33,902 bases of DNA, taken from the NCBI GenBank assembly GCA_048213135.1, contig PS015374.1:1-33902 (forward strand), written 5' to 3'. Below are positions 10,636-21,586 of this stretch, piece after piece. The notes under the pieces were generated by a model. It was given only the letters and a program-made list of their open reading frames with translations. It did no database searches and was not told where the DNA came from. The position numbers and the translations under genes are program-made. Positions within the stretch are counted from its first letter, which is position 1; each line of letters opens with the position of its first letter. This stretch comes from Reclinomonas americana ATCC 50394 (Eukaryota).

Positions 10636-13486
10636 TTAGAAACGACCCGGCTCGTACATGCACTCCATGAAGCGATCGGTGGTGATCTTGCCGCTGCCGT
10701 CGCCGGCCGCTGGTGCCGCGCTCGACGACGCTCCGCCATCGACGAGACCGGCGCCGAATCGTGCCATTTCCACCACTTGCAACAGACGCTTGATGCCAAT
10801 CGACTCGGGGCACGACGAGACAATGTCGTCGAGGTTCTCGAACTCGGCATGCTTGAGGCTCTGCAGCGCCGTGCGGATGTCCGAACGCTCGCGCAGCGGC
10901 GGAACCACCACCGTCGTCACAAACGTGCTGATCATATCCAGCGACTCGAGAGCGTCACGCGACGACGTGGTGCCAATCACCATCAAACGGCGACCCTACA
11001 GAGACGAGGAGTGAGCTCCGGCATTGCATCAGCCTTCTTAACAACGCGTGAGCTGACCTTTGGCGGCTCGCGTCGCAGCAGCACCAGCAGCGTCTGCAAC
11101 ACCGTGTTGCTGAAGCGCGGCCCAATGTGCACGTACTCGATCAGTCGTTCAATGTTGTCGAGCACCAGCACACTCAGCGGCGACTTGTACGAGTCGTCGA
11201 AAATCTGCCACACAAGAGCACGCGACGATGAGGAGGAGGAGGAGGAGGAGGAGGAAAGAAAAGCCGAGCATCGGCAACCCTTGTCTTCATCACTGACCTT
11301 GGCGATGGTATTGGCCTTGTTGCCTTCGGCCATACCAATGAGGTTCTCGGGAGTGATGAACTTGACAAACGGGAACTGGCTCTCCATGGCCAGGTTGGCC
11401 GCAATCGCAGTCTTGCCGCTGCCAGGAGGGCCTGCACCAAGAGAGCAGACAGTGACACACATGTCGACACACAAAAAAAGCTGCATGCGATGCGCATTTT
11501 TTCACGCACCCTCCAGCAACACGGTCAGCAAGTGCGTGCGCTCGCTGCTGGCCAACTGACGCAGCAGAGTCTTGCAAATGCCGTAAATGTGACGGAACGG
11601 ACGACCATAGTCAATGAGACCAGAGCCCAGGTACGTCGTCACTTCCTCCTGCGAGACGCCAAAGAGTGGTTTCACTTCCTCCAGCGCCGCCTCGAAGTCG
11701 GTCATCTCCAGCATCACATCCTCGGACTCCTCCACCGGCTGATCCATCGTGTGTACAGTCAAGTCAGCAAGTGCACCCACCCACCAACCAACCAACCCTC
11801 TGAACGCCGCAGCACTCACCTTGTCGGGATGCTCGAGGTCCACCTTCCTGCTCAGTGCGAACGAGGCAGCCGAACTCACAACGCCAGCAATTTCGGCGCC
11901 CGAGTAGTTGCGTGTGCGGGCGGCCAGCTCGGCCAGATCGACCGACGGCGCAATCATGTGGTTCTCACGCATCTTCTTGGTGTGAATGCGGAAGATTTGC
12001 AGACGGCCCTCCTCATCGGGCAGGCCTGGCGGCAGAAACAACATTCAGAGGCGGCATTGAGAAAGAGATACGGGTGATGGCACACGCACCGATTTCCATG
12101 TGAATTTCGAAACGACCGGGACGCAACAGCGCCTCGTCGATCATGTCGAGACGATTGGTCATGCCAATAATCAGCACATTGTTCACGGCGTTCACACCAT
12201 CCATCTTCGACAGCAGCTGGTTGACCATGGTGTCCATCACGCCAGTGCCATCACGAGTGCTACCACGCTGTGTGCGTGTGGACGAAAGGTAAGAGAACAT
12301 GCATGTGCGCGCAGGCAGTGACAGAGGAGGACGAGCTGACCTTCTTGCAAATGGCATCGATTTCGTCAAAGATGATCAAGTGGAGATCCGATTCCTCACC
12401 ACGCGCCTCCCACTCGGCCTCGGCCGGGGCAAACAGCTCACGAATGCGCTCTTCGGTGGCACCCACGTACTTGTTCAGCACTTCGGGTCCGTTGATGACT
12501 TGCGGGTCCTTGGTGTTGAGCATCTTGCCAATCTGACGCGCAATGAGCGTCTTGCCGGTGCCGGGCGGGCCGTACAGAATAATGCCCTTGGCGTGACGAA
12601 TGCCGAGCTTGCTGATGAGCGACGCGGGGTACTGGCGAGAGACGAACGCACGGCGGAAGATGGCTCCGAGTTCCTTGTCGAGACCACCAATGTCCATCTT
12701 CTCGAAGGAGAAATCGCGGAAAATGTTGCGGCGCAGGCTATTGAGGGAGCGGGGAAGAAGAAGTGAGCGGCAGAGTGTGGAGAAAGAGAGAGAGAGATAA
12801 TAAGAAGATGCTGCACGCACGCTTTCTGTGCGGTAAACGGAATGTTGGCGGTGGGAGCCTTGGTCAACTCCACGTTCGTGGCCGTCATCATGACGCCGCG
12901 TCGTCGATGTATCGACACCACACCATCCTTGACCTTCGACGGATCCACATCGGCGGCCGTCTCCAGCCCCGTGACCGTGCCAATCAAGTTGACACCGAGG
13001 TAGTCAATGACTACCTTCTGCCCGATGCAAAACACCTGCGACTTGAAATGCTTGGCCAGATGCTCACCCAGCGCCGTTGCGTCAATGGGCTCTCGCACGA
13101 GTCGGTTCTTGTGCACAAGATCCAGCTCTGTCGCAAGGCGCGTGTAAGTCATCGCCACGAGCGAAGACACCTTTTCTCTCATTCTGTGCGAGTGAACAAT
13201 CACACAAGATCCAGCTCTGTTGCAGCGTGCAGAATGCCACTCCTTGGAAGGAGGTTATTGCCCACACAGTCAAGCTCTCTCTCTCTCTCTCTCTCTCACT
13301 GTCTCTGTGGTGTGGGTGCGCCTTGCATCAATGGACTCTCGCACGAGGTGCATAAAGACCAGCTCTTCTCCTTGCATCAAAATGCTCTCGTCACGAAGGA
13401 GGTTCTTGCCCGCAAGGCCATGCTACCTCCTTCTTTCTACGTATGTCTTGCATCAACGATCAGCTCTGTTGCAGAGTTCTCCTTGG

Positions 13487-13521
<35 letters not shown>

Positions 13522-14122
13522 TTCCAACTCCCTGCTCCTGTTGCTCTCTCTCAGTATACACGAGCGTGTGCATGTGCGTGAGACACAGAGAGAGGAGGAG
13601 AGAGAGAGGAGGGGGGGGGAGGAGAGCGCACCAAACGAGATAGTGGCGAGGTTCTCGTCGGCCTTTGGTGCATCGACCTCATACACATCCGTCTGATCAG
13701 CAATGCTCACGCGACAAATCGTGCGATGAATCTGATTCAAGCACACAGTGCCCAGCTCAGCATCCGGCGACGGCCTACATAAGAGCACCACACACAAAGT
13801 GTGAGAGAATGCGTGTGTGTGCGTGAGAGAGAGAGAGAGAGCAACGCAACAAGCAGTAAAACACAAAGTCCTTGATCTGCACAAAGGCAGGCAGGCGGCT
13901 GAACCGCTCAGCAGGGTTCACAAACACCAAGTTGGTGCTGTTGTTTGATAGAGAGAGAGAGAGAGAGTGAGCATGCAAAAGTGACACGTGTGTGTGTAAG
14001 TGAGCGAAATAGTTTATGCAAAGAGAGAGACGCAACGGCACATAGTCTGTGCGCGGTGTGCTTGCCACGCGCAGGTTGAGTGCAGCCAGGCGACTGCCAG
14101 CAGCAGGCGGAGCTCCACTCAT
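10636..14122 (-). CDS. NSF: Vesicle-fusing AAA+ ATPase NSF/Sec18, copy 1
   Basis: [20 protein letters not shown]1 Walker [19 protein letters not shown], Walker [29 protein letters not shown]2 GPPGSGKT and [13 protein letters not shown]. Ten GT-AG introns. Confidence 0.95.
13128..13631 (-). repeat. 504-nt intron holding several degenerate copies of the downstream exon start and acceptor, plus AG/CT dinucleotide tracts
   Basis: 13203-13220 is identical to 13114-13131 (18 nt). 13318-13366, 13370-13416 and 13448-13474 are diverged partial copies of 13071-13135. Confidence 0.8.
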
Positions 14123-14197
14123 CTCTCTCTCACACACAAAACGATGAAACGAGAACGAATGTGCGTTGGGTGGGACACGAAGTTCACTTCAAAAGTC

Positions 14198-17100
14198 TCA
14201 CTCATCGTCGTCATCGCCGTCGACCTCTGCATCATCGTCGACGCCACTGGACTCATACATGCACTCGCGGAAGCGATCGACAGTGATCTTGGGAATTACC
14301 GGGGCAGCAGCAGGTGCTGAGGACCCGGAGGCTCCGGAACCTTCCCCAGCTGTCTCTGGCACTGGTGCGTGACTCACACCGCCTTCGCCGTCGTCGTCGT
14401 CTTCGTCGTCGTCGTCATCGTCGGCACTGAATTGCGCCATTTCGACGACTTGCAGGAGGCGCTTGATGCCAATGGTGCGCGGGCAGCACTGCACGATGGC
14501 TTCGAGGTCCTCGAATTCCACGTCCTTGGTGCTCCGCAGCACGGTGCGGATGTGCTTCGGGTTCTGCAGCGGAGGTACGTGCACGGCGGTGTCGAAGGAG
14601 CCGATCACGTCGAGGGAGTCGAGCTCGTGGCGCGACGAGGTGGTGGCGATCACCATCAGGCGGCGGTCCTGCGAGGGTGACGGGGAGTGAGCACAAAAAT
14701 GCGTATCAGTCGAGGGAGGGCAAGAAGTACCTTGGGCGGCACGCGGCGGAGCAAGACGAGAAGCGTCTGCAACACAATGTTGCTGAAGCGCGGACCCATG
14801 TGGACGTACTCGATCAGTCGCTCAATGTCGTCGAGCACGAGCACGCTCAGAGGCGACTTGCACGCATCGTCAAAGGCCTGCGGGGAGCGCAGGTGAGCAG
14901 GCGACTCGCATTGCGCGTGCGCATTGTAGGAGGTCGACATTACCTTGATCAGCGCTGAGGCCTTGCTGTTCTCATTGAGGCCCACCAAGGTGTCGGGGGT
15001 GACAAACTTGATAAAGGGCGCCTTGCTGCCGGTTGCCAGGTGAGCTGCGATCGCGGTCTTGCCGGAGCCCGGAGGACCTGCGATTTTTGGTGGTGGTGAG
15101 GAGATGTGGTGAGAGTCGGGAACGAAAAGAGAAAAGAAACGCACCCTCCAACAAAATCGTCATGCGACGTGTGCGCTTGCTCTTCCTCAGCTGGCGCATC
15201 AGCGTCTTGCAGGTGTCCTCGATGCGACGGTACGGGTTACCGTAGTCGATAATGCCGGAGCCGACAAACAAGGTGGCCTCCTTCTGCGAGGCGCCAAACA
15301 TGGGTGGCACCTCGCGCAGCGCCGCCTCAAAGTCCTCCATCTCCAACACCAAATCCTCCTCGTCCTCGACCGGCTGCGCAAGCATCGTGATGAGAAACAG
15401 AGGGAGAGAGTAGCTGGCGAGAAAGTGTGGGAGAGAGGGCACCACCACCAACCTTGTCCGGGTTCTCAATGTCGATCTTGCGACCGAGGGCAAACGAGGT
15501 CGCCGAGCTCACCACTTCGGCGATTTCGGCACCCGAGTAGTTGCGGGCGCGTGCAGCGAGCGCCTTCAGGTCCACCGACGGCGCCAGCAGGTGGTTCTCG
15601 CGCCACTTTTTGGTGTGAATGCGGAAGATTTGCTCACGGCCGGCCTCGTCAGGGAGACCTGTGCAATGGAAATGAAGTGAGCAAGTGAGTTGCGTGTGCG
15701 AGTCAACGCAAGAGGCATGCGCCGCACCGATCTCCATCTTGATGCCGAAGCGTCCGGGACGCAGCAACGCCTCATCGATCATGTCGAGACGATTGGTCAT
15801 GGCAATGACCAGCACGTTGTTGATGGTTTTCAGGCCGTCCATCTTCGTCAGCAGCTGATTGACGATAGTGTCCATCGTGCCGGTGTTGTCACGAGTGCTA
15901 CCTCGCTGCGCGCGCAGACGAGTCGTGTCAGCAATGCATAGACACAACCAGGCACACACACTCACACACCTGCTTGCAAATGGCATCGATTTCGTCAAAG
16001 ATGATCAAGTGCAGGTCCGACTCCTCTCCACGCTCTGCCCACTCGGCCTCGGCGGGGGCAAACAGCTCGCGAATGCGACTCTCCGCCTCGCCCACGTACT
16101 TGTTCAGCACTTCCGGTCCACTGACTTCCAGCGGCTCCTTGGCGTTCAACATCTTGCCAATCTGCCGCGCAATCAACGTCTTGCCTGTGCCCGGCGGGCC
16201 ATACAGCATGATGCCCCTGGCGTGGCGAATGCCCAGCTTCTGAACCATGGCCGCCGGATACTGGCGCGAGTAGAAAGCACGACGGAGAATGTCGTCGAGT
16301 TCCTTGTCGAGACCACCAATGTCCAGCTTCTCGAACGAGATGCCGCGGCGCACTAGCTCGCGGCGCGCACTGTGCCACGTGAGAAGTGAGTTCTTTCCAC
16401 TATGCATGAGGAGAAGAGAAGGAGGAGGCGACACGACACGCACGATTTCCCTGTGGTGAACGGGACGTCGCAGCCGCTGGCCCGGGAAAACTCAATGGTG
16501 GTCTGCGGCGTCATCATGCCCAGCGTGCGCCGCGCAGGAGCGGTCGACGAACCCAAATACTTGGGATCAATGTCAGCAGCGGTCTCCACACTGATTACCG
16601 TGCCGACGAATCGCATGCTCTCGTACACAATGACGACGCGCTGCCGCAAGCAAAACACTTGCTGGCTAAAGTGAGTGGCCAGCACCTTGCCAAGCGCAGC
16701 CGGGTCCACGGGCACCGGCTGCCCGCGATGCAGCGGACGCCCAGAGGCCGATCGCTGCGCGTAGTCGAGCTCTGCAATAAAACCAGTCAGCAATCAATCA
16801 ATAAATCGATACTGTATGTGTCATGTCGAGCTCACCAAAGCCAATCGACACGAGGCTCTCGTCGGGTTTCGGCGCCGGCTGCTCGACGACATCCAGCGGT
16901 CCACCGACCACATCCATGCCGAGCACCATCTCACGCTGGATCTTGTCGAGCTGAATGGTGCCAATGTCGACATCGCGACTCGGCCTGCGCCACATACAAG
17001 TGAGTCACACACAGTGAATGACACACGAGTGAACAATGAGCAAACAACGCAACAAGCAGAAGAAGACATAGTTGCCGATCTTGACATACGTCGGCAGTCG

Positions 17101-17333
17101 ACTGAACGGCACCGACGGATCAACGACCACCACATTGGTGCTGCAGAACAAGAGGTGAGCGATGCTCAGCGTGAGAGAGCACAGCGCGCGAGAGAGAGTG
17201 TGACGAACCCGACAAACTTGTCCACGAGGCGCTCCACACGCAGAGTGTGCACGCCGGGACGAGCAGCCACAGAAGCCACAGGAGGAACAGCAGGAGGACC
17301 AACGCGACGCGGTGATGGGTTGCCTCCGCTCAT
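14198..17333 (-). CDS. NSF: Vesicle-fusing AAA+ ATPase NSF/Sec18, copy 2 (more diverged N-domain, acidic tail)
   Basis: Same D1 and D2 motifs ([48 protein letters not shown]). The same ten intron positions as copy 1. Open after splicing. Confidence 0.93.
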
Positions 17334-17517
17334 TGCAACAAGCACAAAGAAAGAAGTCAAGAAAAAACGCAGCTGCAACACGCAGGACGGCGACGTTTTT
17401 TGTGTTTCGTCCGGGCGTTAAAAATAACACACGTGGCCGAGCTGCCAAGTGTTTGTTGCATCACTTGCCGGCTTTGTGGTTCGTTTGCTGCTGCTGCAGC
17501 AGTTTGGAGTTGAGTGA

Positions 17518-17872
17518 ATGGACGATAAGAAGCCGTGTGCGGAGGTGTTTGCGGTGTTTGAGGCGTGCTCGGCCTCGCGCGGATACAATGAGTGTGTGGG
17601 CGAGCGGCGGCGATTCTATCAGTGCATTCGACGAGCTGTTGCGTGTGAGAGGCATTGGTGTGTGCCTGTGTGTGTGCGTGGCTTATGTTCTTGTGTGTGT
17701 GTGCCAGGAGGAGGAGGGCAAGATGCGAGAGGAGCATCGGCGATCGCAGCAGAGTGGTGGTGCCGGTGGTGTGTGGTCAATGTTGGATCGCTTCCGCGGC
17801 AATGCCGGCATTGGTGGAGATGCACAACAGCCACCACCATCGTCGGCGTCAAATGATCAGAGTAAATCATAG
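17518..17872 (+). CDS. Small twin-CX9C (CHCH) protein, probably mitochondrial intermembrane space
   Basis: MDDKKP-C-AEVFAVFEA-C-SASRGYNE-C-VGERRRFYQ-C-IRRA has exact C-x9-C spacing twice. Intron 17638-17707 (GTTGCG...CCAG) joins in phase 0 to EEEGKMREEH...DQSKS*. Confidence 0.75.
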
Positions 17873-18147
17873 CGCCTGGTCTTGCATTCCCTACCCTCCC
17901 CCTCCCGTGTCACGAATGAAGTGGTACAACACGACGATCGATTCTGATTTGATAGCAGCAGCAGCGGCAGCGGTGGCGGCAGCATGCAGCTCCGCACAAC
18001 ACGCCTTCACTAAAAGGTCATGTCAGAGCAGTGGACCACACCACCACCAATCACCATCGACTACCACTACCACAAAGTTACACACACACAGCACAGCTTA
18101 GCACGATAGAGAGGAGGGAGAGAACTTGTTGCTGCTCTCTGTCGCAT

Positions 18148-18971
18148 TTAGCGCAGACGGCGGGCTTCGCGCTCAGTCTCCAGCAAGCACAGAATGTCGT
18201 TCTCTCGCACCGGTCCCTTCACGTTGCGGATAATCGACCTGTTGGTGTTGGTCACACACACGAGTCAGAACTACTGCCACTGCTGATGCCGAATGCAACA
18301 CTACAGCTCCCTCTCGCGTCCTCACCGGCTGGGATCGTCGACGAACTCGACGCGCACCTGGGTGATGCCACCACGAGAACCCGTGCGGCCCTACGCGAGC
18401 AACACACACAATCGAGTGTCATTTCCTCTTGCTCCATCGCTCACACGCACACAACTACAAACGGCCTACTCACCAACAGCTTGGTTACCTGCTCGTGCGC
18501 GCGTACAAACACGAGTGAGCGACATGGTCATAACACTCTCTTCCTTCTCGTGACTGTCTCTCTGTCTGCTCTCTCACTGCGCGTGATTCTACACAATGAC
18601 ACACTGGCGATGGTGGCAGTGAACGAGACCTTGGCAAACCTGTGTGCATGTGTGAATGAGAATGAGTGATTTGGGAAGCAATCAGAGGCACGCAATCACA
18701 AGCGTGGAGACGCAACTTGACACCCTCGTCTTGCTGCACACGCACACGCACACACACACACACCAAGCAAGTCAGCACCGCAGTGAAGAGGGCGCGAGGG
18801 GGGCAGGAGACGAAAGTGGCCATGACATGATGCACATCGGACTCACACACGCACAGACACACACTCGTTGTTCACAGCACACAGTCGACACGACTCTTCC
18901 ACACACTGACTACACACAGCACACACACGCATACAAACACACAGAGAGAGGGCAGGCGAGGCACGAACCAT
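18148..18971 (-). CDS. RPS28: 40S ribosomal protein S28 (eS28), 66 aa, six coding exons
   Basis: Exons 18971-18969, 18733-18717, 18639-18630, 18488-18474, 18390-18326 and 18238-18148 total 201 nt and give [66 protein letters not shown]. Confidence 0.93.
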
Positions 18972-19101
18972 GGCTCGCTTTTTTGCTGTGTGAAATTGAG
19001 TGGGACAATACGTGATGACTCACGCCAATCACGCAACAAAACGCACGCACGCACGCACACAATACACACGTTGTTGACAGTGTGTGTGTGTGTGTCGTGT
19101 C

Positions 19102-19826
19102 ATGGCTTCCTCGTTTCAGGAAAAGGTGAGCGCGCGCGTGTGCTCGTCGTGTGTGTGTGAGAGAGAGTCAGTGAGTGTCTTTCCTTGTTCGTCCCCTCAC
19201 TTTCAGCGTTTCCCCCTCTCAGTTCCAAGGACGCATATCCACTGTGCTCCGCGATGGATCACTCTCAGGCGGAGGGCAAATGAGGTCCGCGCGCGCGCCC
19301 CTCTTTCTCTCTCATACACACACTTGTGCGCTTACACACACACGCGCATATAGTGTCTCGTCGGGGAATGGTGGAACTCCTCTGTACCACCCAGGCAGTC
19401 CCTCGCCCTCTGGCACCGCCTCCTCCGCCTCTCTTCACTATGCGCCTGTGCACACTGCTGGTCACTCAACAGCAGGCGGGCGATCGCTCTTCTCTGGGGG
19501 TCCTCCGACCAGTGTGGTGTCAATGATGATGATTGCCGGTGGGCTCAGCTCAGCCGGGAGTGTGGGATTCGCCAGTCCAGCGCATGCGACAACTACAGCG
19601 TCGTCTCATTCGGGAGGCAGGGCCACTGCCCCGCCCGAGATGCAGCAGCAGCAGGGTGCGTGTGGCTGTGTGCCTCCTGGTCTCTCTTGCTCGCCCTCAC
19701 TTCTCCTTTATTGCGTCGACATGGCAGTGGCTGCTGCAGCTGCTGCTCCGGTGCGCAGAAGACCAACAGCAGTTGAATTGAGACAGCGGATGAATAGTCG
19801 GGGCATACCGGTGGCCGGCACTCCTG
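19102..19826 (+). CDS. Low-complexity Ser/Gly-rich protein with the start of a SAP-like domain (3' partial, runs into gap)
   Basis: Phase-consistent exons MASSFQEK|FQGRIST...|...MQQQQ|VAAAAAAPVRRRPTAVELRQRMNSRGIPVAGTP. The last segment resembles the SAP pattern (x-EL-R-xx-L-xx-RG-L-xx-G-T). Confidence 0.55.
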
Positions 19827-19959
19827 GTGTGTTCCATCGCTTCCTCTTTGCTGTCGCTGCTCTCCGATNNNNNNNNNNNNNNNNNNNNGCGGCCGGGGGG
19901 TGGGTGGGTTCAGATCATCAGCGGCCGCGTATGAGGGCAGTCAACACACGCACACGCAC

Positions 19960-21120
19960 CGAGTGAGGCCTTGGGCGGCCAAGTCACGAACAAACGAGTC
20001 AAAGGAAACGACTTGGCCCACGCGCGACACCACCTTGTTGCCGAACTGCCAGTACTGGCCGAATGGAGCCACCAGATGCATGCCCATGTGGCAGAGTGTC
20101 ATTACGAGCGGGCCAAGACCGCCATCCAGCACCGTGTCGACAATGAGTCGTCCAATGCCTGCTGTGTTGTGAGTTTGTGATTCCTCGAGCGACACGCACA
20201 ATCCCGCCACTCACCGAGACGGCATGCGTGCACGTCGCCATCCTGCCAAACTTTACCTTCCTGCAGTGAGAGCGACTTGAGAAACGCGCAAACACGGCAA
20301 CAGCGAGAGAAAGAGATTGAGAGACTTTGTGTGGACGCACCGGAAAGTAGTGCACCCAGTGACCAGCTTGCAAGTGATCGACAACCACACGAAGCGGCTA
20401 CGAGCACGTAGTCACGTCAGGCATCGCCACATCGTGTGCTCGCCACACTCACCACTCACCTCCTGCATGACGCCCTCTCCACGGCGCACAGGAATCGCTT
20501 GCAGTTTGTCAAACAAGAACGCCAACGCCGCATGTTTGAAGCACACATCGGCGGCGGCCACGGCATGTCTGCGACCCAGCCCATCAGCATGTGCAGAGAA
20601 CAAGAGAAGCGAGCAGGCGAATCAACACACACACACCGAACAGTCCACGGTGCCAACAGTGCAGTGTAGGGCACAAAGGTCATTTGCAACGCCGGCTCGT
20701 CGACCATCGACTGATGGTTGGCAATCTGTGACAGCAATGAGTCGTCTGCTTCCTTCCTCCGCTCAGTGGCACATTGTGCACCAACTGACCGTCAGCAGTC
20801 CACGCCCTCCCCGATCGCCAAACATGTAGCCGTGCAACCGACTTGCGTCGTACGTCTGCGCCCGGACTGTCAGCACACCACTCGCGAAATACATGCGGTC
20901 TCACAGACTATTGCGCACGCACCTTGACTCGATTGCCGACCTCCAACGTCGTCTTGGCGACCCATCCAGTGGAACACAACGACAGCACCGTCAGCGTGTC
21001 TTTGAGAACGGAGATGGGCGGCAAGTGCGGCAATCGCGTGTCCCAGCGCAGCGGTTGATCACGATGCAAGAGGGCGAATGGATCAGGGTCGATGTATGTG
21101 GGGCTCACAGCAGCAGCCAT
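19960..21120 (-). CDS. TAZ: Tafazzin-family phospholipid acyltransferase (3' end in gap)
   Basis: IANHQSMVDEP (NHX4D), HAVAAADVCF...IPVRRGEGVMQ, WVHYFP|EGKV, GIGRLI and LCHMGM occur in tafazzin order across GT-AG introns. Confidence 0.85.
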
Positions 21121-21586
21121 TTCCTACACAACAACAACATAGAGTTGTGTGCGTGAAAGAGAGAGAGTGTGTGAGACGCGAGGAACGAAACTGCAGCGGT
21201 GGGTTCGCGAAAGCCATCCTCAGTGACCTCCAGTGGTGTTGGCAATGCTGGCAGATCAGGTCGAATGACATAGTGGGGCACGCGACGTGTTCGACACGCC
21301 CTGGTGCGAGCGAGAGAATGCATCGCGGACGATATAATGAGCGAAAAAATAGCGCATCTTCTCACACACACACACACACACGCATGCACGCACTCGTCAT
21401 CAGTTTGCATGTTGATCGCCCAGTCGTGTGCACCACTAGCCGGTGGTGATGGTAGTGAGGTGCTCACTGTGCATGAGACGGGCACGCGCTCGAACCACCC
21501 ACACAGCCACCGCCAGCCAACCATCGTTCGCGCACGCCAACAATGTTTTGCGAAAAAATAACACAACTTTACAATTTTCCGTTTCT

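Noticed and set aside
16763-16835. 9-nt repeat GAGCTCGAC near the intron start and at the acceptor/next exon start in NSF copy 2
   Set aside because: It is short and partly forced by splice consensus, and the intron position is shared with copy 1, so it does not indicate recent insertion.
18734-18968. Long first intron of RPS28 as a snoRNA host
   Set aside because: No convincing C box (RTGATGA) paired with a D box, and no H/ACA layout. The length is mostly TG repeats.
19869-19888. SAP gene and tafazzin appear truncated or overlapping
   Set aside because: The 20-N gap appears to be an unsized placeholder hiding both 3' ends. It is not evidence of pseudogenes.
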